The notes beneath the pieces are model-generated. The model searched no databases, was not told the DNA's origin, and was given only the letters and a program-made list of their open reading frames with translations. Position numbers and translations under genes: made by a program. A DNA stretch of 64,000 nucleotides from Gammaproteobacteria bacterium (lineage in GTDB: Bacteria > Pseudomonadota > Gammaproteobacteria > Eutrophobiales > Eutrophobiaceae), in NCBI GenBank assembly GCA_965116495.1, contig OZ220696.1:960001-1024000 (forward strand), in the 5' to 3' direction. This document shows, piece after piece, positions 1 through 10,060 of the stretch. Every line of letters begins with the position of its first letter. Positions within the stretch are counted from its first letter, which is position 1.

Positions 1-35
1 TTGGATTTTCTAATTGCTCATTCTGCCTTAACGTT

Positions 36-278
36 CTAAACGCCACGTTCGCGTCCTTTCGCGATCACTTCAGTGATGGGTTCATCGACCTTTACCAGTT
101 GCAAGCGCAACAAGTTCTGATAGGCAATATTCTGCCTGTCGGCATAGCTGTCTGGGAGAACCCGGATCTCAACAATGGGTTTACCATGTTTATAAATTAT
201 CGCGGACTCACCGGTTTTGGAAACCTGATTAACGATACTACTGGCTTCCTTATTTATTTCGGCCATCGTAACTTTCAT
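36..278 (-). CDS. Phd/YefM-family antitoxin
   Basis: 80 aa; MKVTMAEINKEASSIVNQVSKTGESAIIYKHGKPIVEI matches the prevent-host-death N-terminal pattern; cognate toxin probably lies outside the window. Confidence 0.8.
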   Translation of the reverse strand: MKVTMAEINKEASSIVNQVSKTGESAIIYKHGKPIVEIRVLPDSYADRQNIAYQNLLRLQLVKVDEPITEVIAKGRERGV

Positions 279-291
279 AGGGAAGTCCTCC

Positions 292-323
292 TATAATGTA
301 CGTAGTATTATACGTACATTATA
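292..323. promoter_or_regulatory. Palindromic operator upstream of the antitoxin
   Basis: Perfect 13-bp inverted repeat TATAATGTACGTA-N6-TACGTACATTATA just upstream of the start codon; contains TATAAT. Confidence 0.7.
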
Positions 324-642
324 AAACCATATCAACTGTCGATGGTGTCATTGTCGATGGTGTCATCAACCTCACCACCGAGATTTCTGAAGAAATTGTC
401 TAGCCGGGTCTTGTGTTCTTCATAATGGGTGCTGTTCACGAACCAAAGTCTCCTTCTCCTATATGAATTGGCTATATTGCCAGAATTGCTATATCTCTGC
501 TTGGATGGATGTATCCAAAACAGGGTTAGGTTCGGTCCGCAGATGTCCATAGCTGGTTTATAGGCAGATTGTGGTTTACATTGTCACCCTATAAATCATA
601 AAAGTGTTATAATATGATTTATTAAAACCTGGTGTATAACTC

Positions 643-1845
643 ATGCAGTGGAATTGGGAACTAGACAGCTGGCCTGATTTTACCTGGCAGCCGGAACCTT
701 TAAGAGCGCTTGAAGAACAACTGCTGGTGGGCAGCGGCATGCTGTCCGGCGCTTTCAAGCACCTGGATGAGGGGGACGCGAGCCGTATGCGAGTGGAAAT
801 CATCAGTAATGAGGCAATAAAAACATCGGAGATTGAAGGCGAATACCTTGACCGCGAAAGTGTTCAATCGTCCATCCGTCGTCATTTTGGTCTGCAAACC
901 GATGTCGGGCAGGCGCCACCAGCAGAGCAAGGCATAGCTGATATGATGCTTGACCTGTACAGGCGTTTCCAGGAACCGATTACCCATAAGCAACTATACG
1001 TCTGGCATAGTATGTTAATGAGTGGACGTGATGACCTGACTGATACAGGCCGCTATCGAAGAAGCAACGTTCAAGTTGTTTCAGGCCCTGATTACAAACG
1101 CAAGGTTCACTTTGAAGCTCCACCTCCCGAGCGGGTGATGCCTGAGATGAAGGGATTCATCACATGGTTTAATTCCACTTCACCAACCGGCAAAACAGTT
1201 TTGCCGGCACTTACCCGCGCCGGCATTGCCCACCTGCGTTTTGTCTGTATTCATCCTTTCGAAGACGGTAACGGACGCATAGGGCGGGCAATCGCTGAAA
1301 AGGTTCTTGCCCTGGGTCTTGGCAAGCCGTCTCTGATCGCGCTATCCGCCAACATCGAAAAACACAGGAAGGCTTATTATGATACGCTGAGAAAAACTAA
1401 CAAGGCCATCGAAATCACAGAATTCCTTGTCTATTTCGCCCGAACCATACTGCAAGCCCAGGAGGACAGCCTGTCTCAAATCGAGTTTCTTATTAATAAA
1501 GCTAAAATGTTAGAGCGGTTAAGGGGAAAGCTGAACGGAAGGCAGGAAAAAGCCCTGCTGCGCATCTTCAGGGAAGGACCGGCGGGTTTCACGGACGGTT
1601 TAAGCGCAGAGAACTATATCGGCATCACCAAAGCCACTCGTCCGACAGCCACACGTGACCTGGCCGACCTTGTGAGCAAGGGAGCATTGACAAAAAAAGG
1701 AGAAAGGAGATATACAAGATACTATTTGAATTTACCTGGAAATGAGGTGCGGGAATTATTTGCTGAGATGGATGACATTAGAGAAGGCACTCAACTTGGC
1801 GCAGAGCTCCCCATCTCTGATTTACGGAAGGAAGGGCGGCGATAG
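643..1845 (+). CDS. Fic-family protein (DUF4172-type N-terminus, C-terminal wHTH)
   Basis: Canonical Fic motif HPFEDGNGRIGR; WNWELDSWPDFTW start; TATRDLADLV HTH. Confidence 0.92.
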   Translation: MQWNWELDSWPDFTWQPEPLRALEEQLLVGSGMLSGAFKHLDEGDASRMRVEIISNEAIKTSEIEGEYLDRESVQSSIRRHFGLQTDVGQAPPAEQGIADMMLDLYRRFQEPITHKQLYVWHSMLMSGRDDLTDTGRYRRSNVQVVSGPDYKRKVHFEAPPPERVMPEMKGFITWFNSTSPTGKTVLPALTRAGIAHLRFVCIHPFEDGNGRIGRAIAEKVLALGLGKPSLIALSANIEKHRKAYYDTLRKTNKAIEITEFLVYFARTILQAQEDSLSQIEFLINKAKMLERLRGKLNGRQEKALLRIFREGPAGFTDGLSAENYIGITKATRPTATRDLADLVSKGALTKKGERRYTRYYLNLPGNEVRELFAEMDDIREGTQLGAELPISDLRKEGRR

Positions 1846-1858
1846 TTGCCTCGTTGTT

Positions 1859-3385
1859 TTAAGATTTATATTTACTCCTCAGTTCAGTTTTCAACACTTT
1901 GCCCAAGGCGCTCTTGGGCAGGCTATCGACGATATGGATCTGCTTCGGAATCTTGTAACCGCCGATCCTGCCGCGGCAGAAGTTAATCAGTTCGTCCTGT
2001 GTCGAATCGGCTCCGGATTTGATTGTTGCCACGCCGATCACCTTTTCGCCATAGATTTCATCAGGGATACCGATGACGGCAACTTCCAGTACATCGGGGT
2101 GTCGGCTCAGCACGGATTCAACCTCACTGGAATAGACGTTTTCCCCACCCGTGACAATCAGGTCCTGTTTCCGGTCCTTGAGGTACAGATACCCCTCGTC
2201 ATCCAGGTAACCCAGGTCACCGGTGCGGAACCACCCATCCACCAAGGCCTGTTTTGTGAGTTCAACCTGGTTGATATATCCCCTGAACACGTTGTCGCCA
2301 CGAGCGTAAATCTCCCCCACCTGCCCCGTTTCGCATGCCTGTTCATTGTTATCCATTATTTTTAATTCCACGCCGTCCAGTACGCGCCCGCATGAGGATA
2401 ATCGGGCTGCATTGCCTTTTGCAAAGACATCCACGTGGGACTGATTGTCCAGCATGGTCAGCAGCGGTGCCGTTTCGGTGAGGCCATATCCTTGCGCGAT
2501 CTCGACACTTGGAAAAGCCTCAAATGCCGCCTTAACCCAGTCTACCGACATGGGCGATGCCCCATAGATGATCTGTTCCAGCGAGCTGACGTCATAATGT
2601 GCTACTTTCCCCGATTGTAAGGTTAACATCAGCATGGTCGGCACTAACAAGACGAAGGTGACACGAAATTGTTCAATTGCATTTAATAGAGTATCGGGGT
2701 CAAATTTGGGCAAATAGACACTGGCTGCGCCCTGCATGAAGTAAACAGTCTTCACCAGTTCCGCCGAATGGAACATGGGAGGAACGTGCAAAACAACATC
2801 GCCGGGCTTTGCCGACCACCTGCTGCCCACCTGTCTTGCATTGGCAATGATATTGCCGTGGGTTAACGGCACTCCTTTTGCCCTGCCCGAGGTCCCGCCG
2901 GTGAAGAGCAACAGTGCTTCGTCGTTTGCCGAGCAATTAACGGAGTCTGACGGTTCGGCGGCTATGATCGATCTTTCATAAGAACTGTTTTCATCATCAC
3001 TGATTAATAGATGGCTGTCCTTCCAATCGGCCAATTCAGGCGCTGCCAGCAACTCACTGAACTGCCTGTCTGTTACGACCAGTTTACAATCCGCATCTCC
3101 AAGGATGGATTGCATCTCAACAGGTGCAAGACGGAAATTGACCGGGACCGGCGTTGCGCCGATCCACTGTCCTGCATGGATAACCTCAGCCTGGCGCCAG
3201 GAATTCAGGGCCAGGATCCCGAACCTGTCACCTCGGTTAATCCCTGACCGGTTCAAAACTCTCCCCAGCTTTGCAATCCGCCGTACAAATTCACTCCAGG
3301 TTAAACTGATGCGACTGTCGATAACGGCAGTCGCATCGCTGCGTGTCCCGGCGTTATTCAGGAGAACGTCTGTTAAAGTCTTCAC
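1859..3385 (-). CDS. Long-chain fatty acid/acyl-CoA ligase (ANL family)
   Basis: FTGGTSGRAKG P-loop, GYGLTE, GWFRTGDLG, LPKSALGK. Confidence 0.9.
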   Translation of the reverse strand: MKTLTDVLLNNAGTRSDATAVIDSRISLTWSEFVRRIAKLGRVLNRSGINRGDRFGILALNSWRQAEVIHAGQWIGATPVPVNFRLAPVEMQSILGDADCKLVVTDRQFSELLAAPELADWKDSHLLISDDENSSYERSIIAAEPSDSVNCSANDEALLLFTGGTSGRAKGVPLTHGNIIANARQVGSRWSAKPGDVVLHVPPMFHSAELVKTVYFMQGAASVYLPKFDPDTLLNAIEQFRVTFVLLVPTMLMLTLQSGKVAHYDVSSLEQIIYGASPMSVDWVKAAFEAFPSVEIAQGYGLTETAPLLTMLDNQSHVDVFAKGNAARLSSCGRVLDGVELKIMDNNEQACETGQVGEIYARGDNVFRGYINQVELTKQALVDGWFRTGDLGYLDDEGYLYLKDRKQDLIVTGGENVYSSEVESVLSRHPDVLEVAVIGIPDEIYGEKVIGVATIKSGADSTQDELINFCRGRIGGYKIPKQIHIVDSLPKSALGKVLKTELRSKYKS

Positions 3386-4623
3386 ATAATGCGGTTGACG
3401 TCCGTGTCCGGAAAGAACTCGACGAAGATAAACCAGAAGATGCGGCTCTTTAGCGTATTTACCCTTTCCAGCCTGGCTCCGTCATCTATGTTGCCGAACA
3501 CGTCAATACTGCTCACTGTACGCCCTGCGGGATTATAATAAGCCGTAACCACGTCGTATTCCCGGTTATAAGTGACAATAATATTCCTGCCCCCTATCAC
3601 CACGTTGATAGGGTTGCCCTGCTCAATGATGAAATCTTTTGAATAGGCGACATGATCGTCCCCGATGCTGATGGTGTACACCAGTTCCTTCATGGGCAGG
3701 CGTTTATCCTTGAAATCGACGGTGGGAAAGGCCGGCTTGTCATTTTTTACCCAGTTCAGGCCCACCCCCCAGAGCATCATTACGTGCCGGACCAGCCTGT
3801 CCCACAATGAAATGACCGGGTTCTCGCTGAACCGGGGGATTTCATTGATGAAGACCTTGCCGTCCGGGTAAAGCTTTCTGAATGAGCCGTACGGCATGCG
3901 TATGGTCGGCCATTCCGTCATTTTATTCTTGTTTTCATCCCGTTCCATGGTGCCCCATAGCTGCTGGATTGGCTCACCGCTGTTCTTGTCAAACAGGACC
4001 AGGTTGTTTTTTAACTGGGTCATCACGGTCAGGTCCAGATCCTGCTGATTAATTTTCGGACTGTATGCAATACCCAGGTTGGTGAGCCCGCAATAGGTCA
4101 TGATGACGTCTTCGCCGCCTATGGTGTCGCCCTTGACGACGTGGGGTTGCAGCAGGTAATAATCCGAATAGGCGTAGGCGCCGTTGTCGGTCTCCAGGAC
4201 CAGGACATTGATATCATCGACAGAGACATAGGATTCCGGGCCAAAATGAGCAAGGTGCAGACTGCGTTGCATATAATCCGGCGCTTGCTCTACGGAAACG
4301 AACCTGGCTTCGTACTGTTGCGACCTGAACATCCATTTCGGGTTAACCAGGCCCGAGTAAGCGTTAAATATGCATACGAAAACCAGGAATGCCAGTAATG
4401 CGCCGGGGCATACATCCGGCTCGATTGTCCAGATGATGACAGCTGTTGATAATGCCCCCAGGGATATCCCGGTGATCACGTAGCGATTGTACCAGATGCG
4501 CATCGTGAACTGGCGCGTGGACTGCACCACCCACTGGCTGATATCCGCCAGGTCCTTGAAGAGGAAGAAAGCCCCTGTCTGGGCAATTATCATCATTCCC
4601 CAGAATGCGAGTTTAACCGTCAT
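3382..4623 (-). CDS. DUF3179-like membrane-anchored protein
   Basis: N-terminal TM helices; TYCGLTNLG, NNLVLFDKNSGEPIQQLWG and FWF..FFPDT motifs; 4-nt overlap with the next gene. Confidence 0.65.
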   Translation of the reverse strand: MTVKLAFWGMMIIAQTGAFFLFKDLADISQWVVQSTRQFTMRIWYNRYVITGISLGALSTAVIIWTIEPDVCPGALLAFLVFVCIFNAYSGLVNPKWMFRSQQYEARFVSVEQAPDYMQRSLHLAHFGPESYVSVDDINVLVLETDNGAYAYSDYYLLQPHVVKGDTIGGEDVIMTYCGLTNLGIAYSPKINQQDLDLTVMTQLKNNLVLFDKNSGEPIQQLWGTMERDENKNKMTEWPTIRMPYGSFRKLYPDGKVFINEIPRFSENPVISLWDRLVRHVMMLWGVGLNWVKNDKPAFPTVDFKDKRLPMKELVYTISIGDDHVAYSKDFIIEQGNPINVVIGGRNIIVTYNREYDVVTAYYNPAGRTVSSIDVFGNIDDGARLERVNTLKSRIFWFIFVEFFPDTDVNRIM

Positions 4624-4724
4624 AATAAGCTACTCCTGCTGACTGATTATTGATAATGAAACACGCTGCACTCATTACCTGCTCCCCGGCAACCAGCGCA
4701 ACAGCTGAAAGCAGGTCAGGCCAG

Positions 4725-5105
4725 TCAGTCCTGTCTGGGCGGCATCAGGTACCAGAGGACAAAAGCAACGAAGAACAACGCCGGCACGTCGCCGGCAAGG
4801 TTGGACCGTTCAGTTACATCAATGATGGAATGGACCAGCATGACCCCGCCATGCACGATATTCGACCAGACGGTGAACCAGATCAGGCTGGCATGCTCCA
4901 GGGGATTTTTTGCCGCCATGATGAGAAACACCCCCAGCGTGGCATACACGCCCATGATCATCTGTTCATACTCGGGTTGCCTGGGCGTCCAGGTCCAACC
5001 TGACGCCTCAAGTCCCATCATCAGGACGGGGACCCCGACCAGGTAGATGATCCCGAAGATATAGAGTGCGATGGTCAAATATTTCATTTTGTCTGCTTGT
5101 TGCAT
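4725..5105 (-). CDS. Small integral membrane protein (DUF6632-like)
   Basis: 4 hydrophobic segments; YEQMIMGVYATLGVFL..AA.NP..H.SLIWF...HG..M. Confidence 0.65.
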   Translation of the reverse strand: MQQADKMKYLTIALYIFGIIYLVGVPVLMMGLEASGWTWTPRQPEYEQMIMGVYATLGVFLIMAAKNPLEHASLIWFTVWSNIVHGGVMLVHSIIDVTERSNLAGDVPALFFVAFVLWYLMPPRQD

Positions 5106-5161
5106 ATTTACCCCCGGTTGTGTGTTTGAGGATTGAGGTCTAACGCCGGTATTCTAGCGCA

Positions 5162-5476
5162 TTATTTTTTCAGATATTTCTTCGTGACCGAAGACAGGCC
5201 CGTCCTGGCGTATTCCCGGCAGGCCTTGTCCTTGAATTCCAGTGCTTTTTCCCACTCATCGATGGGGTATTCATCGCGCTCCGCCACGATGCGTATTTCC
5301 CGCACTACCCGTTCGTCCAGCCCCATCTTTGCGGCAATTTCCTTATCCGATAAGGGTCTTTTGCGCTTGTCCTCGGGCAGGAATTCCTGGGTATTTACCT
5401 GCACCGACTGGGAATAGGACAGGACCTCGTCCTTGTATTTTTTATAGGTCTCCGGGTCGACAAAATAAAAACCCAT
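5162..5476 (-). CDS. Small conserved-looking protein with HTH-like segment
   Basis: 104 aa; PLSDKEIAAKMGLDERVVREIR; AGGAG RBS; last gene of the Fe-S pair operon. Confidence 0.7.
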   Translation of the reverse strand: MGFYFVDPETYKKYKDEVLSYSQSVQVNTQEFLPEDKRKRPLSDKEIAAKMGLDERVVREIRIVAERDEYPIDEWEKALEFKDKACREYARTGLSSVTKKYLKK

Positions 5477-5497
5477 GGGCGTCTCCTGTATCGATGG

Positions 5498-6367
5498 TTA
5501 TTTTTTAAGCCGGTGTTTGCTGCCAACCGGGCAAACCCGCATGCACTCGAAACATTGCCCCTGACTCACGTTGGCGTAAGTCATTGACCAGAGTGTCCGG
5601 GTAAACAACGAGGAGTAAAGCATCAGTTTCTGCTGCTCCTTGTCTTCCTCATCAAGTGTTACATCCAGTACTTTCTGAAAACCGGGTACCCAGCTGGTTT
5701 CCACCCGTGAACTGCAACGGGCGACGTCGTATCGCCGTTGCGCGATGCGCCCCTCCTCCAGTCGACCGCCCAGGCACCCTCCCTCATCGATGGGGCAGAT
5801 CGCCATGCAAGGCGTGGTTCCTTTTTCATCCCACATATCCTTGCATTCCGGGGCCGGACAGACAGGTTCTTCAAGTTGTTTATCTGGTTTAATTGGTAAT
5901 GTACTGATAATTATAGAGTAGTACATGAATCCATATTCAGGATTCAGCACCGGTCCGGCCAGGCTGGGCGTGCCGCAACCCGCCAGTTCGGCTGCCTTTG
6001 CGAAGCTCACGAAGGCGCGGTTACCGCTGTCTGTGCCGGGCGGGACACAGATCGCGTAGTACCCGTACTCATCTTCTATATACCGGGAAAGCCGTTGCGC
6101 CAGGTTATGCATACGGTCCCCGAACGACGTGGTTTCCATGTGCTGGTAGACGGGACTCTGCCAGTCACCGGCCCGGGGCTGGGCGCCGCCGAACACGTAA
6201 ACGCTCCTGGCTTTCGGCAACAGGTCCGCCGGGCGCTGCCCTTCAGGCTCATCCGTGAACGCCGCCGCATCCGCAACGCCGGTAATCACCGCGCCGCCCT
6301 TGCGGGACAGCGCATCCAGCTCTTTCCTGCAAACGCTGAAATCGAGTGCGCCCGTAACCGCACTCAT
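5498..6367 (-). CDS. QueG/reductive-dehalogenase-like 4Fe-4S protein (paralog B)
   Basis: P.DLLPKARSV, AAELAGCG, NPEYG, CP..C/C...CP, CFECMRVCP; start placed at the ATG overlapping the upstream stop (ATGA). Confidence 0.8.
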   Translation of the reverse strand: MSAVTGALDFSVCRKELDALSRKGGAVITGVADAAAFTDEPEGQRPADLLPKARSVYVFGGAQPRAGDWQSPVYQHMETTSFGDRMHNLAQRLSRYIEDEYGYYAICVPPGTDSGNRAFVSFAKAAELAGCGTPSLAGPVLNPEYGFMYYSIIISTLPIKPDKQLEEPVCPAPECKDMWDEKGTTPCMAICPIDEGGCLGGRLEEGRIAQRRYDVARCSSRVETSWVPGFQKVLDVTLDEEDKEQQKLMLYSSLFTRTLWSMTYANVSQGQCFECMRVCPVGSKHRLKK

Positions 6368-7260
6368 TTCAGTTTTCTCTCCGGGCGCGTGATCGGGCAG
6401 ACACGCATACACTCGAAACATTGCGCGACGCTTTCCCTGAAAAAGCTGACGGCAGAGCAGGATCGATTAAAGAAATCCGAATTGATCATGTTCGTACGTG
6501 TCTCCGGGTCATCTTCCGTGACAATCTCCGCCATGGCCTTCTGAAAACTGTTGATGCCGAAATTCATGGCCCGTGTCGTACAGCGTTCCCGGTCGTACCA
6601 GGAGTAGGATATCTCACCTTGATCATCAATCTCTCCGTCCAGGCAACCGCCGTCGTCGGACGGACAGGCGGCAATACAAGGGGTCTTGCCGATTTTGCGG
6701 TAGGTGGCCACGCACATGGGGTGGGGGCAGACGTTCTGTTCCAGTACCGGGTCCCCCGGTAGTTCCAGGGTAGTGATACAGGCGGAGTAATACAGCAGAC
6801 CGTATTTGGGGTTAAGGATGATATTGGCCGCCAGCGAGCGGGTTCCCAGCCCGGCCAGTACCGCGGCATGCATCATGCTGATGACCGGGTTATGGCCGCT
6901 CACGGACAGGGCCGGCGCCTGTATGGCATAGTGGTCCAGTCTTGTCTCGATATGATCAGCCAGCATGTGAACCACCCGGTCGTTGCGAAAATCATAGCCG
7001 TTGACTTCCATCAGGCGGTGGCTGGGCGACTGCCAGGCCCCGGCAGTGGGTCCGCGGGCGCCCACAACGATGACGCTACGCGCCCCGGGCAGCACGTCAA
7101 CCGGCTTGTGTCCTTCGGGCACATCCTTGTCCCAGCGCTCCACGGGCGCGATACCCACCACGTCGGCGCCGGCATTCATGGCAAACTCCTTTAGCCGGTC
7201 TGCAAGTTGAACCGGAACGGCCTGCTCCGTAAATTCATGTGGCTCGGCGGATGCGCTCAT
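6364..7260 (-). CDS. QueG/reductive-dehalogenase-like 4Fe-4S protein (paralog A)
   Basis: GADVVGIAPV, P.DVLPGARSVIV, HAAVLAGLG, NPKYG, CFECMRVCP. Confidence 0.82.
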   Translation of the reverse strand: MSASAEPHEFTEQAVPVQLADRLKEFAMNAGADVVGIAPVERWDKDVPEGHKPVDVLPGARSVIVVGARGPTAGAWQSPSHRLMEVNGYDFRNDRVVHMLADHIETRLDHYAIQAPALSVSGHNPVISMMHAAVLAGLGTRSLAANIILNPKYGLLYYSACITTLELPGDPVLEQNVCPHPMCVATYRKIGKTPCIAACPSDDGGCLDGEIDDQGEISYSWYDRERCTTRAMNFGINSFQKAMAEIVTEDDPETRTNMINSDFFNRSCSAVSFFRESVAQCFECMRVCPITRPERKLK

Positions 7261-7272
7261 AGCCCGGTAACC

Positions 7273-8244
7273 TTACCAGTCGCTTTCCTTCAGGTACTGC
7301 TCGGAGGAGGTAAGCCAGGGATATTTGCTGCGTAGACCAGACACGTCCGCGCTATAGCCCACGTTTTCAAACCAAGTTTCCATGATAGCCATCTCTTCGC
7401 CCTGTTGCTCTTCAAATTCATCCCATGGCACCCGGACATAATTGACATCCTTGCCGGTAACCCGTGCGAACAGTTCGGCAACCTCCTGCTGGCTGTGGTC
7501 ATCACCGGCTATGTCGAGCGATACGCCCAACCATTCGGCAGGGTTGTCGAATGCCTCCGCGGCGAAACGGCCTATATCCTTGACGGTGATGTATTGGCTG
7601 CGCGTTCCCGCTGACAATGGACCGTACATTAACCCGTTTTCAATACCGGCGCGGGCATATTCCCAGTTTTCCATGAATGAAACGGGCCTGATTACCGTGT
7701 AGGGCAACTGTATGGTTTTGATGTATTCTTCAATCTCGTACTTGCTGTCAAAATGCGGGATGCCCGTGTTTTTATCCGCGTTGGCGACCGATGTATAGAC
7801 AAAATGGCTCACCCCGGCCTGTTTGGCGGCATCGGCCAGGTTTCTCCCCTGCCTGATTTCCCCCTCCTTCCCGTGTTCCCAGAAATTCTGGACGGAAAAA
7901 ACGCCGTACACACCCTGCGTTGCGCTGTTCAGCGACTCGACGTCATCGAAATCACCCTTGACCATCTCGATGCCGAGCCCGGCAAGTTCTTGTGCCCGTT
8001 CACTGCGGGGATTGCGGGTCAGACCGCGCACGCGGTAACCGCGGGACAGTAATTCCCGCGCGACGGCCCCTCCCTGCCTGCCGGTAGCCCCTGATACCAG
8101 GATGAGCTTTGCCGTATTGTCATTTTCTGCGACATCTTCCGCAGATGGTGCCGTATCATTGTTCTTCCCGCAGGCCACCACCGACAGTAACAGGGGCAGG
8201 TAACGGCATAGTGTCCATAACCTTGTTTTCATAAAGAAATTCAT
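7273..8244 (-). CDS. NmrA-family NAD(P)-binding protein with predicted lipoprotein signal
   Basis: ILVSGATGRQGGAV Rossmann motif, PHFDSKYEIE; N-terminal LLLSVVA-C lipobox. Confidence 0.85.
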   Translation of the reverse strand: MNFFMKTRLWTLCRYLPLLLSVVACGKNNDTAPSAEDVAENDNTAKLILVSGATGRQGGAVARELLSRGYRVRGLTRNPRSERAQELAGLGIEMVKGDFDDVESLNSATQGVYGVFSVQNFWEHGKEGEIRQGRNLADAAKQAGVSHFVYTSVANADKNTGIPHFDSKYEIEEYIKTIQLPYTVIRPVSFMENWEYARAGIENGLMYGPLSAGTRSQYITVKDIGRFAAEAFDNPAEWLGVSLDIAGDDHSQQEVAELFARVTGKDVNYVRVPWDEFEEQQGEEMAIMETWFENVGYSADVSGLRSKYPWLTSSEQYLKESDW

Positions 8245-8286
8245 AATTGGTTTAATAGTGTATTCATTGACCTTGCTGGCATCCCG

Positions 8287-9765
8287 TCAGGAAGCAGCTG
8301 AGCGTTTTCCCAGTTCCAGTCGTGCAAGAAAAACCAGAAGCAGTATGGCCCCTGCCGCAAACACGACATCTCCCGGCACCCGCAACCAGACCAACGCTTC
8401 CATCAACGGCGAATGCAGAAGTTCCGGGGAACGGGCATACCAGTAGCCCTGGTCAAACGATACCAGCGTTTGGATGATCCCCTGGGGCAGCAGCGATCCG
8501 AATACCATCAGCGCCAGCCCCCCGTTAAACAGCCAGTACACCATGGCAGGGTCCGTCATCCTGCCGGTCAGCGCCGCCCATTCACCGGTCAGCGAGCCCA
8601 GTACTGCAATTACCAGCGCCACCCAGAGAATATCCACACCCAGCTTCTGCAATGGCGGTTCGGACCCGGCTATCATCGGGCCAAGGTACAGTCCCGCGCC
8701 CAGCCAGGCCGTGGCGATCCACAGCACCGCGAGTTGTACGTGCCAGGTGCGCGTCAACGCGTAGGGGGCGATGTCGGCAATCGGTATGCCGTAGAATTCG
8801 TGGCCTTCCACGGCGTAATGCGCCGTGACCGCTCCCAGGAAAATCTGCAGTCCGAGCAGGGCCGCAACGATCCAGATATACTTGACTACAGCCTTCATGG
8901 AGGCGGTGGGTGACGCTGCGGCAATCGGACTCCTGTCCGGGTAACCTTCGGGGATTTCGGTATCCTTCTGCCATTCTTCCCGTTCGCGCAGGAAGAACCA
9001 GCACAGCGCGCCGATTCCGGCGATGAGCAGGACAATTGAAACAAACGTCCATATAAAGATGGAACTGTTGGGTTTGTTGTCGACCAGCGGTTCGTGGGGC
9101 CAGTTATTCGTATAGGTGACCGTATCATCCGGACGCAGCGTTGAGGCAGCCCAGGATGTCCACCACCACCAGGACACGAGTGTGCGGATATCCTCGTCCG
9201 GATCCGAACCAAGCGGAGCGTTGGGGATGGCATACGCTTCCCGCAATGCCTCCGCTTCCGGCCCGTCGCCACTGCCGCCGAACAATGCCTGGTAGTGTGT
9301 AATGACCTCGGCGATAGCCGCCGCCCGTTCCGGCGATATATTGATCCGGCCCGTTTCAACGTCATAGGTATTGACGCGTAACTTGGCGGCAAACTCTGCA
9401 ATACGGGCAGCGCGGGCAGGCTCGGAAAGTGCGGCAAAGTCTCCGTCCGCATCCAGCATCGCCATGGCCTCCCGGTGCAACACATCGGCCGTCCAGTCCG
9501 GCGCCAGGTAACTCCCGTGACCCCAGACGGAACCGAGTTCCATGCCGCCGAGGCGACGCCATACGTCGCGCCCTTTCCGGATATCGTCACCGGTGAAAAT
9601 CACACCCGCGGTATCGCCGTCCGCTGTGACAACCGCCTCCGGCATGGGCGGCATTACCTGGAATGCCCTGCCGCCGACCAGCAGCAGGATCCCGAACATC
9701 ACGACAAGGGAAACTCCGAACATGGTCCAGAGTCTTGCGAAGGTGAATATTTGACGGTAGTTCAT
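8287..9765 (-). pseudogene. norB: Quinol-dependent nitric oxide reductase (qNor) with in-frame internal deletion of the catalytic core
   Basis: GSVWGHGSYLAPDWTAD, YTNNWPHEPL, RTWHVQLA and C-terminal GYWYARS/WLRVPGD present; HLWVEG, HH and HxH segments absent; only 492 aa. Confidence 0.8.
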
Positions 9766-10060
9766 GGCAAAATTTCGATTGTCCGGTAATTGGTAGCAGA
9801 GATATCAAATGTGTCCCTCAAGGATAATTTTCTTTTGCGGATTAGGCAAATCCAATAATGTCTGCACGGCATTTAATCGGTTACGCGAGACACAAACTAT
9901 GCCCGTTTCGCTATGACCTTCCAGAACGCTTGACTGATGTGTATAAGGTCGGAGCAGTCCAGCCGGACCATATTTAAAATATTTCAGAGAACTCTGCTTG
10001 ACAGAGAATAAATGCATGCTTATACTTCCATATGACAGTTACTTTTGCGGAGGAAAAACC

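Noticed and set aside
292-323. loxP/dif-like recombination site (13-6-13 palindrome)
   Set aside because: Position over the antitoxin promoter fits an operator better; no adjacent recombinase
332-550. 72-aa ORF with 15-bp tandem repeat at its end
   Set aside because: No recognisable family or RBS; probably a gene remnant
9790-9830. FNR/DNR box upstream of qNor
   Set aside because: Only a half-site (ATCAA) is visible
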